From contig OX597816.1 in NCBI GenBank assembly GCA_951406725.2, positions 172,236,001-172,300,000 of the forward strand: a DNA stretch of 64,000 nucleotides. The letters run 5' to 3'. This DNA comes from Octopus vulgaris. Its lineage: Eukaryota. The position numbers and the translations under genes were made by a program. This document shows positions 26,481 to 39,342 of the stretch, piece by piece. Positions within the stretch are counted from its first letter, which is position 1. Each line of letters starts with the position of its first letter. The notes below the pieces were generated by a model. The model searched no databases. It was given only the letters and a program-made list of their open reading frames with translations, and was not told the origin of the DNA.

Positions 26481-26716
26481 TGTATGTATGTGTGTGTTTG
26501 TGTGTCTGTGTTTATCCCCCTAGCATTGCTTGACAACCAATGCTGGTGTGTTTACGTCCCCGTCACTTAGCGGTTCGGCAAAAGAGACTGATAGAATAAG
26601 TACTGGGCTTACAAAGAATAAGTCCCGGGGTCGATTTGCTCGACTAAAGGCGGTGCTCCAGCATGGCTGCAGTCAAATGACTGAAACAAGTAAAAAGAGT
26701 AAAAAAAAGAAAGAGT
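25662..26716 (+). mobile_element. SINE family A split by a CR1-like LINE 3' end
   Basis: SINE 5' half at 25662-25830 and 3' half at ~26471-26716. Confidence 0.85.
25833..26471 (+). mobile_element. 5'-truncated CR1-clade LINE (C-terminal ORF2, 3' UTR and (ATT)n tail)
   Basis: LYIAMVRPHLGFASPVWNPY...LEAVQRRATK...YPERL..L...LKLRR...TRGH..K...RKHFFTLRVAEAWTKLP; the ORF is still intact over ~160 codons. Confidence 0.9.
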
Positions 26717-26729
26717 AATATTTTTAAAT

Positions 26730-27760
26730 GGGGTTCTCTCCAAATACTTGTCTAGATGAATTCCTTCATTTGAGTTCAAATAACATTATTTTTCTCTTAA
26801 AAAGACAAAAATATTCTGATTTCTTAAAATTATCACCTTCTTTTACATTGATTAAACCTTTTTTTGTAGCTAATATTTTTTGACAAGGTTTTCCCCATAT
26901 GATTCTTTTCATAGAGCTTTTTCATCTGGAGTATATCTCAAATGCAGAATAGCCGTGAGAACAGTTTAGAAAACTGGCTAAACACCCTTTAAAAAACAGG
27001 GAGGAAAAGCAGCCAGCAAGCCACTACTGAGAACAAACACCATTCTTCTTAAACACTGGTTAAGCACTCTCTACTGTAAAGTACTCAGTACTGTAAAACT
27101 AAGCAACTCACAATGTCAGATAGCATCTTTTATATTGCTCAATATCTTAAAATGACAAAAATCTTTTGATTTGCTATGATGATCACCCTTCTTTTCATCA
27201 TCTAAAACCACACACCACTTTTTTGTAGCTAATATTTTTTTGACAAGGTTTCTATAAGACCCATCTCACAGAGCTCTTTCATTTGAATGCAACTGTTGTA
27301 TAGTTTTCTTCAGTATTAGCTAAGATATCTTGATTCAAAGTCTATTTTGGGGGTTACTTACCATTTTTCCATCAGTTAAAGCCACACAACTTTTTTGTAG
27401 CTAACACTTTTTAATGTGGTTTCCACCAAAAAATTTTTCTCAATGAGTACATTCTTTTAAATGCTAGTAATCTATACTTTTCATTTAAAATAGCTGAAAT
27501 ATTTTGATTCAAAGTCAATTTTTCACCTTACTCTCCCATTTTTGATCTCACAATTTGACCTAACTTTTTTTGTAATGAACCAAATTTCAAATATCTTATC
27601 TCCAAATGTAGCTTGAGATTTGGACCATCATCACTAAAAAGAAATTGCATTCAATTTGGTTGAGAATAAAATTAGTGATGAAGCCTAGAAGTGCTTGCAA
27701 GTACCTAAAAGTTGACCTTGAGAATATATTCACCCACTGTCGTGAGTGAATGATATATAG
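26730..27760. repeat. Unclassified element with internal repeats (ttttttgtagctaa...gacaaggttt, 3-4 copies) and a terminal hairpin
   Basis: The motif recurs at ~26860, 27218, 27390 and 27565; hairpin attcacccac-tgtc-gtgagtgaat at ~27728-27751. Confidence 0.4.
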
Positions 27761-28575
27761 GTTGTTTGGGCTAAATTTCCAGGAACAGTTTGATGTATTG
27801 GGGAACAGTCAATGGTGTTGAAGAGCCTAGATACTAAAGCTGTAGTTGAGAAAAAGTTAGCTTACATGGAGGACTGGAAGCCGTCTGAATATTGGAAAAG
27901 AGTTACCTCCATCATGAATTGTACTAGGTATCAAAACACTGACAACATGACTGTTGTTCAATTCTCTGTAAACACTTCAAAGGCTGCAAGATGTGACATG
28001 GACAGCTGGAACAGAGACTATGAAACCATGGTCAACAGGAAGAAACATGGCAAATGTTCTGATAATGTCAACATGCTGGAATTCATCGCCAAATTCTTGA
28101 ACAGGACCTTAGGCTCAATTCAGGTGGCTATGTGAAGTTACTGGAAACTGTGATCAATCCCTGGCTGGAGAGGGTTGCTGCTGGAAGGCTATATGTATAG
28201 CAGCAGGATTCAGTTTCTTTCCATATCTCCAGAAAGCATCAGAAGTGGTTTTCAGAGGAACTTCTACTACTTCACCAGTCCAATTTCTGACCCCCTAATT
28301 CCCCTGATTGTAATCCCTATATGTGGAGTAGTGTTGAGAAAGACACCAACCTCCCTACCAGTAACAGCAAGGCCATGCTGATAGCCAAGATTAGACTAGA
28401 TTCCAGAGCCATCTTGTGACTGTAACGGAAGCTGAGGGCAGCTATTTGAATAAACAGTTATCTCCCAGCCATAATCTAGTTGATAGTTTTTGATTTTTTA
28501 AAATGCCTTTATTTTTGGATGGAATATTGTTTGCATTTCCTTTTATGCAAACTATCAATTTTAGCTTGAGTACCT

Positions 28576-28649
<74 letters not shown>

Positions 28650-29525
28650 TTTAATATAAAAATGAGTATAGTGTTTGTATATATATATTTGTCCAGAAAC
28701 ATGCTGGTCACAGAGGTGGAAAGAAAATAGTAATTCAGTGAAGGAGAAGTAGTGAGAGTAATAGCCCTGACAGAGAGGGAGTGAGAGAAAGTAATAGCAA
28801 TGAGAGAAAGGAAGGGATGATAGAAGAATAAGGAAGGAGTATATGTATGCATGTATGTATGTATGTATGTATGTATGTATGTATGTATGTATGTATGTAT
28901 GTATGTATGTGAGTATATGTATGTATGTGTGTGTGTATGCAAGGGAAGTATGTGAATGTTTGTATGCGTGATTATTATGTACCTTATTTTGTACCTTATT
29001 TATATATAAAATACTACAATTAGCTGTCCTTATTGATGGCACGTGGTCTGCTAATATATATATATATATATATATAAGTGATAACACAGATGGGTTGAGT
29101 TCACTACAGCTGTTTCAGTTGTGTTTTTTATTAATGAACAAAAGTATCATGTCATGCCAAAAAGCATTTTCTTTGAGTGAATAAAGAGAAAATTTACCTC
29201 TAAGAATTTCCCACAAAATAGAATGAAGTGAGAGGCAGCCCTACCAACTAGGTTATGGCTGGTAGGGTCACTCACAAGGCATCGGTTGGCCAGGGATTAC
29301 AGCAAGAGACACTTGCCCAAGGTGCCAAGTAGTGGGACTGAGCCTAGAACTATGAGGTTTGGAAGTAAACTTCTAACCATACAGCCACAACTTCACCTAT
29401 GATGTGTTGGATTTTCCCCCCTTTTCCTTTTGTGGTATATGTAAGTATAAGCTGATCCATTTCAAATTTGAACTTAGCTCACTTTTCTACATCTATGCAA
29501 TAAGATAATGGATATCTTCTTCTTA

Positions 29526-29890
29526 AGCACTCCGTCGGTTACGACGACGAGGGTTCCGGTTGATCCGAATCAACGGAATAGCCTGCTCGTGAAATTAACG
29601 TGTAAGTGGCTGAGCACTCCACAGACACGTGCACCCTTAACGTAGTTCTTGGGGAGATTCAGCGTGACACAGAGAGTGACAAGGCCGGCCCTTTGAAATA
29701 CAGGTACAACAGAAACAGGAAGTAAGAGTGAGAGAAAGTTGTGGTGAAAGAATACAGCAGGGATCACCACCATCCTTGCCGGAGCCTCGTGGAACTTTAG
29801 GTGTTTTCGCTCAATAAACACTCACAACGCCCGGTCTGGGAATCGAAACCGCGAGTCCGCTGCCCTAACCACTGGGCCATTGCACCTCCA
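29526..29890 (-). mobile_element. SINE family C
   Basis: Matches 4487-4866; flanked by ATAATGGATA(TCTT). Confidence 0.85.
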
Positions 29891-29900
29891 ATAATGGATA

Positions 29901-30810
29901 TCTTTATATATAAAAGAGAGGTTGTGTGCTGTCTGTCTCCTACGATTTAGATTCCTAACTACTCCCACATTTTGCGGTGCAGTTTAACCAAATTCGGGTA
30001 TCTTATAGTCGTGATTCATATCGAGCCCGTCTGGCTATTAGCGTGCGTCTACGATGAGTCTACGATTTTAAAAATAATTTAACATCCTTTTTTATTCTAT
30101 TTTAATGCATAATTTTTCGTGTGTCGATGGCGGCGGAGTTGGCGTCCACGCTCAAACACCTGCACCTGTGTTTGCTTCTCCCCCTTCTTCCCTCCCTCGT
30201 GAAGCTGTGGGGAAGGGAGTTTAAGGAAATCAACGTCGTAATGCGTTGTCAAGGAGACCAGCGTTCTTTTAGAACAACGACTTCATGGCTTGAAGACACC
30301 AAAACAGAAATGGCTAAGAAAGCCCGAATTGGCATCTATAAAGGAAGTAACTCTCTAAAAATGCTTATATAGTTATTTCCCTTACAAACCCGAGCAACGC
30401 CGGGCGATACTGCTAGTCTTTATATATAAAAGAGAGGTTGTGTGCTGTCTGTCTCCTACGATTTAGATTCTTAACTACTCCTACATTTTGCGGTGCAGTT
30501 TAACCAAAACCGGGTATCTTATAGTCGTGATTCATATCGAGCCCTTCTGGGTATTAGCGCGTGTCTACGATGAGTCTACGATTTAAAAAAAAATTTACCA
30601 TCAATTTTTCCCATTTTTAATGCATTTTTGGCATAAGGGAAGTAACTCTCTAAAACTTTATTATTAAATCTCTGAACGTAAAAAGCTACAGTAACCCCCC
30701 CACCCTTTGTGGTTAGCCATATTGAGATGGCTATTATACTTTACATCTCTAAAAATGCTTATATAGTTATTTCCCTTACAAACCCGAGCAACGCCAGGCG
30801 ATACTGCTAG
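29901..30810 (+). mobile_element. Head-to-tail Helitron heterodimer (29901-30416 and 30417-30810)
   Basis: Junction ...GATACTGCTAG|TCTTTATATATAAAAG at 30416/30417; each unit has a hairpin plus CTAG. Confidence 0.9.
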
Positions 30811-30979
30811 TATCTTATATTTGTTTGTACTTTTTAAAAACTATGTGTAGACCCAAGATCAAAGGAAATATATGGAATACAACAACATTCAGAATAAACC
30901 ATTTTAATTTGTGTTGCTTGAGTTTGAGTGAAATTCATTTTTTATTGTTTCATGTACATTTCATGTGTCTGTATCTATT

Positions 30980-31281
30980 TCTTGTTTCAGTCATTAGACT
31001 GTGGCCATGCTGGGGCACCACTTTGAGGAATTTTTAGTCAAACGAATCAACCCCAATACTTTTCTCTTTTTTTTTAAGCCTGGTACTTATTCTGTCAGTT
31101 TCTTTTTGCTGAACCACTAAGTTACGGTGATGTAAACACACCAAAACCAGTTGTCAAGTGGTGCTAGGAGACAAACACAGACACAAAGACACACACACAT
31201 CACATACACACACATGCACACAAATGCACACACATGAACACACACACACACGATGGGCTTCTTTCAGTTTCTGTCTGCCAA
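30980..31281 (-). mobile_element. Diverged SINE family A
   Basis: Reverse-complement tail cttgtttcagtcattagactgtggccatgctgg and internal (CA)n. Confidence 0.7.
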
Positions 31282-31984
31282 AAGAATTTAATTTGCACTC
31301 GTAGTGCTGCTCACAACTTTATCGATCAGCTTCTGTTATTTTTGCTCATCAATGGCATCTTGTCTCTTGGACTTCTCACTTTTCTAGCTAGCTACTTATT
31401 AATCTGTTCATTTTACTTCAATTTCACCTTCTACACATCACAAATTATTGGCTGCCAGCCTTAAATCTGATTAGACAGATTTATATTGACGTCATCACAT
31501 CTGTGAGTTGTTCTGACCAGATTCCAAATATTCCTACTTATTCACGAAGGGAAGCATTAGTCAGATTTTTGCTAATATAGCAAAATACCAGTTGTTGTTT
31601 ACAAATTTTCCGATTTGGAAGTCAAAAAACTCCAAGTTCAAATCAGTATAGATCAACTACAAATATGATTTTTTGATTAATGCTAGTATATGATATACAA
31701 TATTTTGAAGTATATTAATCATAAACTATATGAAATAATATGTAGAATGAGTAATTATTTGGTATTTCAAAATGATGTTAACAGATTAAGTTTTAAATAA
31801 ATTTTTTTTTTTTTACTTGTTTCAGTCATTTGACTGCAGTCATTCTGGGATCACCACTTTGAAGAATTTTAGTCAAACAAATCAACCCTAGGACTTATCT
31901 TTTTAAGCTTCGTATTTTTTCTATCAGTTTCTTCAGTTGATACAAACACACACACACACACACACGTATATATATATATATATA

Positions 31985-32147
31985 CTTTATTTAAAAGCAG
32001 CAGAAATATAAATAAAGCTGTTACTCAGAGTTTCACATTCCCGTTTGTTGGACAGTTTTGTTAAAATAGAACAAATCTGTCCGACGAACGGGAACGTGAA
32101 ACTCTGAGTAACAGCTTTTGTTATATTTCTGCTGCTTTTAAATAAAG
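31985..32147. repeat. Near-perfect inverted repeat (~71-bp arms), Penelope-like inverted pLTR end
   Basis: 31985-32055 is the reverse complement of 32077-32147 apart from a few substitutions and a small indel. Confidence 0.85.
32077..32114 (+). ncRNA. Minimal type I hammerhead ribozyme motif (Penelope-like pLTR type), core variant CCGACGA
   Basis: CTGT-CCGACGA-ACG-GGAA-CGT-GAAA-CTC-T-GAG-TA-ACAG: stem I CTGT/ACAG, stem II ACG/CGT with a GGAA loop, GAAA core, palindromic stem III, and GUA cleavage triplet. Confidence 0.65.
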
Positions 32148-32940
32148 CATATTACTCTACCTCTGGTATTTGAGTACTCTTTTTTCCACCTTGTTTCATA
32201 GCAAACATGTAACCAATGAAACTATTGTTCATAAATAAAACTTGTTCATAAAATAGAACTATATGAATATAACACTGAGTTCAATATTGGCTTTCATTAT
32301 ATATTCTCTCATGTATTCTGACTTGCAGTCCTATTAAGGATGACTTTTCCCCCTTATCCCTTCCAGAAGTGATAAAAACTAGGCTTGAAACATACTGAAG
32401 TGGATTTAAGCAACCATACCCTTTTCATACAAAGTGGTGCTATTGAACTTTGTATAATCTTTTGATCGTTATTCAACTTTGAAGAGAGAAATGAGGAAGA
32501 CTGAGTTGGTGGATAGATTGTTTGAATATATTATTTTTTTCCCCATGTAATGATATATCAACATCCCTTTCTGGTATGACATTCAAAAAGTCATTAGGTA
32601 AACTTTTATTCCGTTTGTAATAGAAAGAAGGGTACAAATTTCAAACTGCTGTGATGTGGCATAAATGTTTTGATTATATCTGCTGATATAAATTGATTAA
32701 AAACATTTGAAAGTTTTGCACACAGTAATAGCTTACTGGTTGGAACCTGTTTCATCAAGAGAGTTGAACACTTGTACAAGGTTGACGTCATACAAGAGCA
32801 TATTACCTAGACACAGGTATAATTAGAAGTTCACTTCAGAACCCTCTGGTTTCAGGTTCAGTTTCCCAGCATAGCATCTTGGACAAATATCTTCCAAAAT
32901 AGATCAAAGCCTTGTGACAAACTGCACTAAACACACACAC

Positions 32941-33423
32941 ATCATCATCATCATTGTTCGACTGTTGTCAAGACAATGGAATTTACCATGCTACACCAGA
33001 CTTCACGGTCTATCATGGCATTACGGAGGTCCTGTTGCTGGATGCCTGTATCCCTGGAGATTACATCAGGGTAGGAGAGTGTGCGCCCTCTGATGTTGCG
33101 AGTAGATGGCTTCCAGAGGAGAAGAGTAGAAATTACCTCTTTTTCAGCTCTACAACAATGTCCAGCAAACTGGACTCTCCTACCTTTCACAAGAGATGAC
33201 ACAGGTGGTAGTTTTCCATATATTTGCATTTTGGTTGGATGATGCTTCCATGAGAGATTTTGAGCTCTCATAAGGAGGCGAGTGTAGGTTCCATCCAACC
33301 GCTTCTTAAGCTTCTTTGATAACGTCCAGGTTTCTGAGCCATATAGTAGAATTGGTTTGACTGTGGCTTTGAAGATTTCAAGTTTGAAGTCTCTACTTAG
33401 ATTTGATGACCAGATCTTATGCA
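32941..33423 (-). mobile_element. RTE-superfamily LINE C-terminal fragment with (TGA)n tail
   Basis: KLEIFKATVKPILLYGSETWTL...LDGTYTRLL...SWKHH...RRVQFAGHCCR...DREVW. Confidence 0.85.
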
Positions 33424-33446
33424 TACACACACACACACATATACAT

Positions 33447-34271
33447 ATGAGGTGTTCCTGGACTTCCTTCGAAATATCTTCTGCAGCAAAACACTTGTCC
33501 CACTTTTGGAATCTGACCTGGAAGTCATTTTCTTTAAACGAGTCGAGGACCTTCTGCATTTCACTCTGGATCTCAACAATGGTGTTAAAACAGCAACCTT
33601 TGAGCTACATTTTCATCTTGGAGAAGAGATGGAAGTCTGCAGGTGCTGAATCTGGTGAATAGGGTGAGTGTGGAAACGATACCACATTGTTCTTTGTGAG
33701 AAAGTTACGAGTGAGAATTCGGTGACACGATACATTGTCATTGTCAAGAATCCAATTCTTCATACTTCACAGATTCAGTCACTTTCACCAAATGTCCTCC
33801 CTCAGATCTTTCAAAACATCACAGTAGAACTTTCGATTGATGGTCTGGCCCTGGGGGATGAATTCTCAATGCACAATACCACATTTCTGGGGGTGACGCT
33901 TCTGGCAGGTCTTCCAGATTGTTCATCATCTTCCAAGGATGTTCTGCTTTTGAAGCACCCATGCCACTTGAAACATTGCATACGATTCATTGCTTCATCG
34001 CCATAAGCATGCTCAAAGTCTCTGTAGTAGACGTCCCAAGTCTAACACAAAATTTCATGTTGGCTCTTTGTTCCTGTCCATGACAAAAATCGCAGACTAC
34101 AGCATACACACAAAAACACAAATTTCACAACTTGAAAGTAAACACAGTGATGTCACTTGGTACCCTACCTCATGAAGACCACTGCTAGCTCTCACTGCGC
34201 ATGCAACCATGTGCTGCCATCTGTTGGCGTGCTACAAAACTAGTCCAGAAATTTTTTGATGTCACCTCGTA
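33447..34271 (-). mobile_element. Decayed, internally deleted Tc1/mariner element
   Basis: PHSPYSPDSAPADFHLFSKMK (mariner YSPDLAP motif) and FQKWDKC; the end ...GTCACCTCGTA is mariner TIR-like. Confidence 0.75.
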
Positions 34272-34310
34272 TGTGTGTGTGTATATATATATATATATTC
34301 CCTCAAATAA

Positions 34311-34390
<80 letters not shown>

Positions 34391-34394
<4 letters not shown>

Positions 34395-34930
34395 CCAGCC
34401 AGGTTCCCTGGTCTGGTGGTACGTAAAAAGCACTATCCGACTCGTGGCCGATGCCAGCGCCGCCTCCACTGGCTTCCGTGCCGGTGGCACGTAAAATACA
34501 CCAATCTGACCGTACAACAGGCACCCATGCCAACCCCCTTGCTTGCGAAGACATATTGGGGCAAGCGAAATCGAAATCGAATTGAACCAGCCAGGATCCC
34601 TGGTCTGGTGGTACGTAAAAAGCACCATCCGACTCGTGGCCGATGCCAGCACCGCCTCGTCTGGCTTCCGTGCCGGTGGCACATAAAATACACCAATCCG
34701 ACCGTGGCCGTTGCCAGCCTCGCCTGGCACCTGTGCAGGTGGCACGTAAAAAGCACCCACTACACTCACGGAGTGGTTGGCGTTAGGAAGGGCATCCAGC
34801 TGTAGAAACACTGCCAGATAAGACTGGAGCCTGGTGCAGCCTTCTGGCTTCCCAGATCCCCTGTCGAACCGTCCAACCCATGCTAGCATGGAGAACGGAC
34901 GTTAAACGATGATGATGATGATGATGATGA
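34391..34930 (+). mobile_element. RTE 3' tail with internal duplication, ending in (GAT)n
   Basis: Matches the RTE tail; repeated module at ~34391 and ~34583. Confidence 0.8.
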
Positions 34931-35399
34931 TATATATATATATATATGTATTTATTTTTATATATATATATATATATATATGCTCGCTTGTGCGCGTTCG
35001 CGCACGCATACACGCATGCTTGCACCACGCTCATGCTTGACCGACCGGATCTCCTGTCCGTATCTGGGGCCGGCGCGTTGTCTTTGGGTTCTCCCATGCC
35101 TGTCGCCACAGGACCACTCTTCCATCTTCCCCCTCCTCCCCCCCCTTCGCTGCAGTTCTTTTTCCCTTTTGTACACACACGCACACACATACACACACCC
35201 ACTCACACACACACATTTGCACATATATACACATTACACTTACACACACTTCAAATTTACTTGCCACACACACAACTACGCACGCTGGACATATACACAC
35301 ACTACCACTCAACACACACACTGGCACGTTACATACGCCCCCACAATTTCCCGCCCCGCACTAACATATACATATTTTCTGTTTTTTTATCACGCCTCA

Positions 35400-35750
35400 C
35401 ACACACATACACACACGCACACGCACACACTCACACATACATACACACGCACACACACATACCTCCCTGTTTCTGATCTGCCTTTCCGACTTGCTAGGGT
35501 ACCCCCACACCACTCCTTTAATTCTACTACTGCTTGCTACTAGCCATTGTCCACCATACACACACATACACACACGCACACACTCACACATACATACACA
35601 CGCACACACACATACCTCCCTGTTTCTGATCTGCCTTTCCGACTTGCTAGGGTACCCCCACACCACTCCTTTAATTCTACTACTGCTTGCTACTAGCCAT
35701 TGTCCACCATACACACACATACACACACACGCACACTCACACACACACAC
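35400..35750 (+). repeat. Tandem duplication of a ~152-bp unit in CA-rich sequence
   Basis: acctccctgtttctgatctg...ccattgtccaccatac occurs at ~35461 and ~35613. Confidence 0.9.
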
Positions 35751-36093
35751 CGTCATCTCGAAACACCTTTTTTACCATTCCCTCATTGATTCAGCTCTCC
35801 TGTTTTTAAAAAACATTTTCCTCCTTTTTTACTACTTCCGTCTTTTCAGTATGTGACCTCGTGAAGACGACCTGCAATTTTTTTTCCTCTGTCCTCCTGT
35901 CTCGGGATCTTTCTTTCTTTCTCTTATGTTTTCGACGAAGAGCTCCGCTCGAAACGTCATACCCTCCTTCTTCCATTTTCCTGAGCGCCTAATAATAATA
36001 ATACTGTAATTGTTCCACGTGTTGTTGTTTTTTCTGTTTTCCCGTTTGGATTAACCTTATATATATATATGTATTTATTTATATATATATATA

Positions 36094-36512
36094 TAGGCGC
36101 AGGAGTGGCTGTGTGGTAAGTAGCTTGCTAACCAACCACGTGGTTCCGGGTTCAGTCCCACTGCATGGCATCTTGGGCAAGTGTCTTCTGCTATAGCCCC
36201 GGGCCGACCCAAAGCCTTGTGAGTGGATTTGGTAGACGGAAACTGAAAGAAGCCTGTCGTATATGTATATATATATATATATGTGTGTGTGTGGGTTTGT
36301 GTGTCTGTGTTTGTCCCCCTAGCATTGCTTGACAACTGATGCTGGTGTGTTTACGTCCCTGTCACTTAGCGGTTCGACAAAAGAGACTGATAGAGTAAGT
36401 ACTGGGCTTACAAAGAATAAGTCCCGGGGTCGATTTACTCGACTAAAGGCGGTGCTCCAGCATGGCTGCAGTCAAATGACTGAAACAAGTAAAAGAGTAA
36501 AAAGAGTAAAGA
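36094..36512 (+). mobile_element. SINE family A
   Basis: Full copy. Confidence 0.85.
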
Positions 36513-36752
36513 GTATATAAATATATATGGTTGGCATTAGGAAGGGCATCCAGCCGTAGAAACACTGCCAGATCTGACTGGGCCTGACGAAGCCTTCCAG
36601 CTTCACAGACCCCAGTTGACCCGTCCAACCCATGCTAGCATGGAAAGCGGAGCTAAATGATGATGATGATGATGATGATATATATATATATTCCCTCAAA
36701 TAATAATTATATATATATATATATTCCCTCAAATAATAATTATATATATATA

Positions 36753-36813
<61 letters not shown>

Positions 36814-37111
36814 TTGTATTTAAAAAGATGTTATTAAATACCTATTGAACATATGCTAATATGTTACCATAATAGATACAATAAATATCTATCATTTTAT
36901 CAGCAAATGAAATCAAAATACTTAAAATTATGAAAAATATAGAATGAGTGATAAAACAAAAAATGGGAAACGATTATGACAAAATGAAATATGGAAAAGA
37001 GAAAGATGAAGAGTGTATAATAAATTAATGTATACAGACACACATACACACCTACATGGATAGACACACATAACAAATATACAAATGTATGTATTTATCT
37101 GTCTCTCTGTA

Positions 37112-37214
<103 letters not shown>

Positions 37215-37265
37215 GTCTGTCTGTCTATCTATCTCTATAGATATATATACACACACATACATATA

Positions 37266-38541
37266 TAGGCTGACAATGAAAGAGTGATGCTAGAGCAGTG
37301 AAATCTTGCATGGATTTATTTCAACCCTTCTTATTAATAACTGCATTGTTTCTTTCCAGCTAAACTGACATCTCAATGTTCTAAGAATACTTCCAAAGGA
37401 ACTAGTAGCGACTTCTCTTAAAAACGAACAAAATTTGGCATCGTGGTATTATCAAGTACCTGTTGAAAAAAGATCTACCTCCCAATGACATTCATGCTGA
37501 CATAGTTGCTACATTAGGGGACGATACTGTAGCTTTATTAACAGTGCAAAAGTGGGCAGCTGAATTTAGGAGGGGAACAGAGAGTGTTGAAGATAACCCC
37601 ATGTCTGGACATCTTCCAACAGCCAAAAACTGGGGAAAACATTGATTATATTCACCACATGGTGATGGATTATACCACATGGTTCACCATATGGTGATGG
37701 CAATTGATTATAAACCAAATAGCCAATGCTAGTAGTATATCCCATGAGAGAGTTGAGAATATTCTTCTGCACAATGAACTTGACATGATGGAAGTTTCTG
37801 CATGATGGGTGCTACATCTGACACCCAATCAAGAGTACACTAAACTGATCAGATCACAGGAAAATCTGACATAGTTTGAAGTAGATTCAGTTGGTTTCCT
37901 TGAATATTTCCTAAGCCTGAATGAATGTTGGCTTGACTTCATCACTTTGAGCCAGAAACAAAGAGACAATCTATGCAGTGGAAGCAACACCTCCTCACCC
38001 ACTACAGAAAGGCCAAAGTCATTTCATCAGCAGGGAAGGTGATGGCCTCAGTTTTTTGGGATCAAAATGTATTAAGTTTTTTGAGTATCTCCAAAAGGGC
38101 CACTCCATCAATGGAGAGTACTATATCAACTTGCTGAGGCAGTTACAAAAGGCTATCAAGACCAAATACTCAAGAAAACTGACAGAAAGTGTCTTGTTAC
38201 ATGTGCTTGCTTTCAATGGCTGCTGTGCATGACTGAGGCTTTCAGCTGGTCAGTCACCCTCCCAGTTCTCCTGATTTGGCTCCATCTAACTATCAGCTGT
38301 CCCCCAACATGAAAAAATGTTTGGTTGGACCCCATATTGCTGTGATGATGACATCATATCTGCCATTGATGATATTTTGGATCAATAGGACGAAAGCTTC
38401 TCCAATGGGATTGAAGGACTACAACACCAATGGAAGAAGTATGTGAACTGCAAAGGGGACTATGTTGAAAACAAACCTCATTTGGTCACATTCCATGTAA
38501 GTGTCTTGGTCAGCCTTTGGACTTTTTAGCTGACCCTCATA
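37266..38541 (+). mobile_element. Decayed near-full-length mariner transposon
   Basis: HTH region DIHADIVATLGDD..LLTVQKWAAEFRRG.ESVED.P.SG, HPPSSPDLAPSNY and WKKYVNCKGDYVE; TIR-like end ...GCTGACCCTCATA. Confidence 0.85.
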
Positions 38542-38609
38542 GATGGTAGCTTTTGACTTTTTCTAGTGAAAGGGTACATGCAAATATACACATATATATA
38601 CATCCGGGA

Positions 38610-38940
38610 TCCGGGACCCCCTTCGGTCACGACACTGACCATGGGATTGCACCTAGAAAGTTACCCTCCTAGTCACAAGTCTGGGCAAGGTTGTTTATGG
38701 AAGAACAGCAGTCGCCCATGCATACCACCTCCCCTCTCCACGCCACCAGTGTTATCCAAGGGAAAGGCAAAGGTCGATACAGCTTGGCACCTGTGACGTC
38801 GCAACTCATTTCAACAGCTGAGTGAACTGGAGCAACGTGAAATAAAGTGTCTTGCTCAAGAACACAACACGCAGCCCGGTCCGGGATTCGAGCTCACAAC
38901 CTCACGATCGTAAGCTTGATGCTCTAACCACTGAGCCATA
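38610..38940 (-). mobile_element. tRNA-derived SINE, family D (partial copy also at 58680-58818)
   Basis: Minus-strand head TGGCTCAGTGGTTAGAGC...GAGCTCGAATCCC, followed by CTTGAGCAAGACACTTTATTTCACGTTGCTCCAGTTCACTCAGCTG. Confidence 0.75.
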
Positions 38941-39342
38941 TGCTATACATACATGCACTGAGCCATACATGCATGATATATAGATATAAAGTTTTATTCA
39001 AAAAAATTTTGAAACATAGCTTTAACTACATGATGTTTGACCATTACAAAGCAAATTATTTCTTGTCTCTAAGTTTCTATATTATAATGAAGTAAACAAC
39101 ATGCAATTGTTATTGATAAAACAAAGTTTCTAAAATGAATAAAGAAATTTAAAGGTTTGCTTTTGTCAAGTGGTAGAATGTCTGTTATGCCTACAGAAGA
39201 TGTGGGTTTGTGGCAAGTCAAATGAGATCATAGGCATGGTTCATGCCAGTGTTGTATAACCAGCTCGTTTAAAAGTACCCTTCAATCATTGGGCAATATG
39301 TTGTGCATGAGACGACCTGTTGAGTCAAGTGAAATCGTAGTC

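Noticed and set aside
27812-28381. 107-aa and 68-aa ORFs in less AT-rich sequence
   Set aside because: No recognisable domain or convincing splice structure; probably a decayed repeat.
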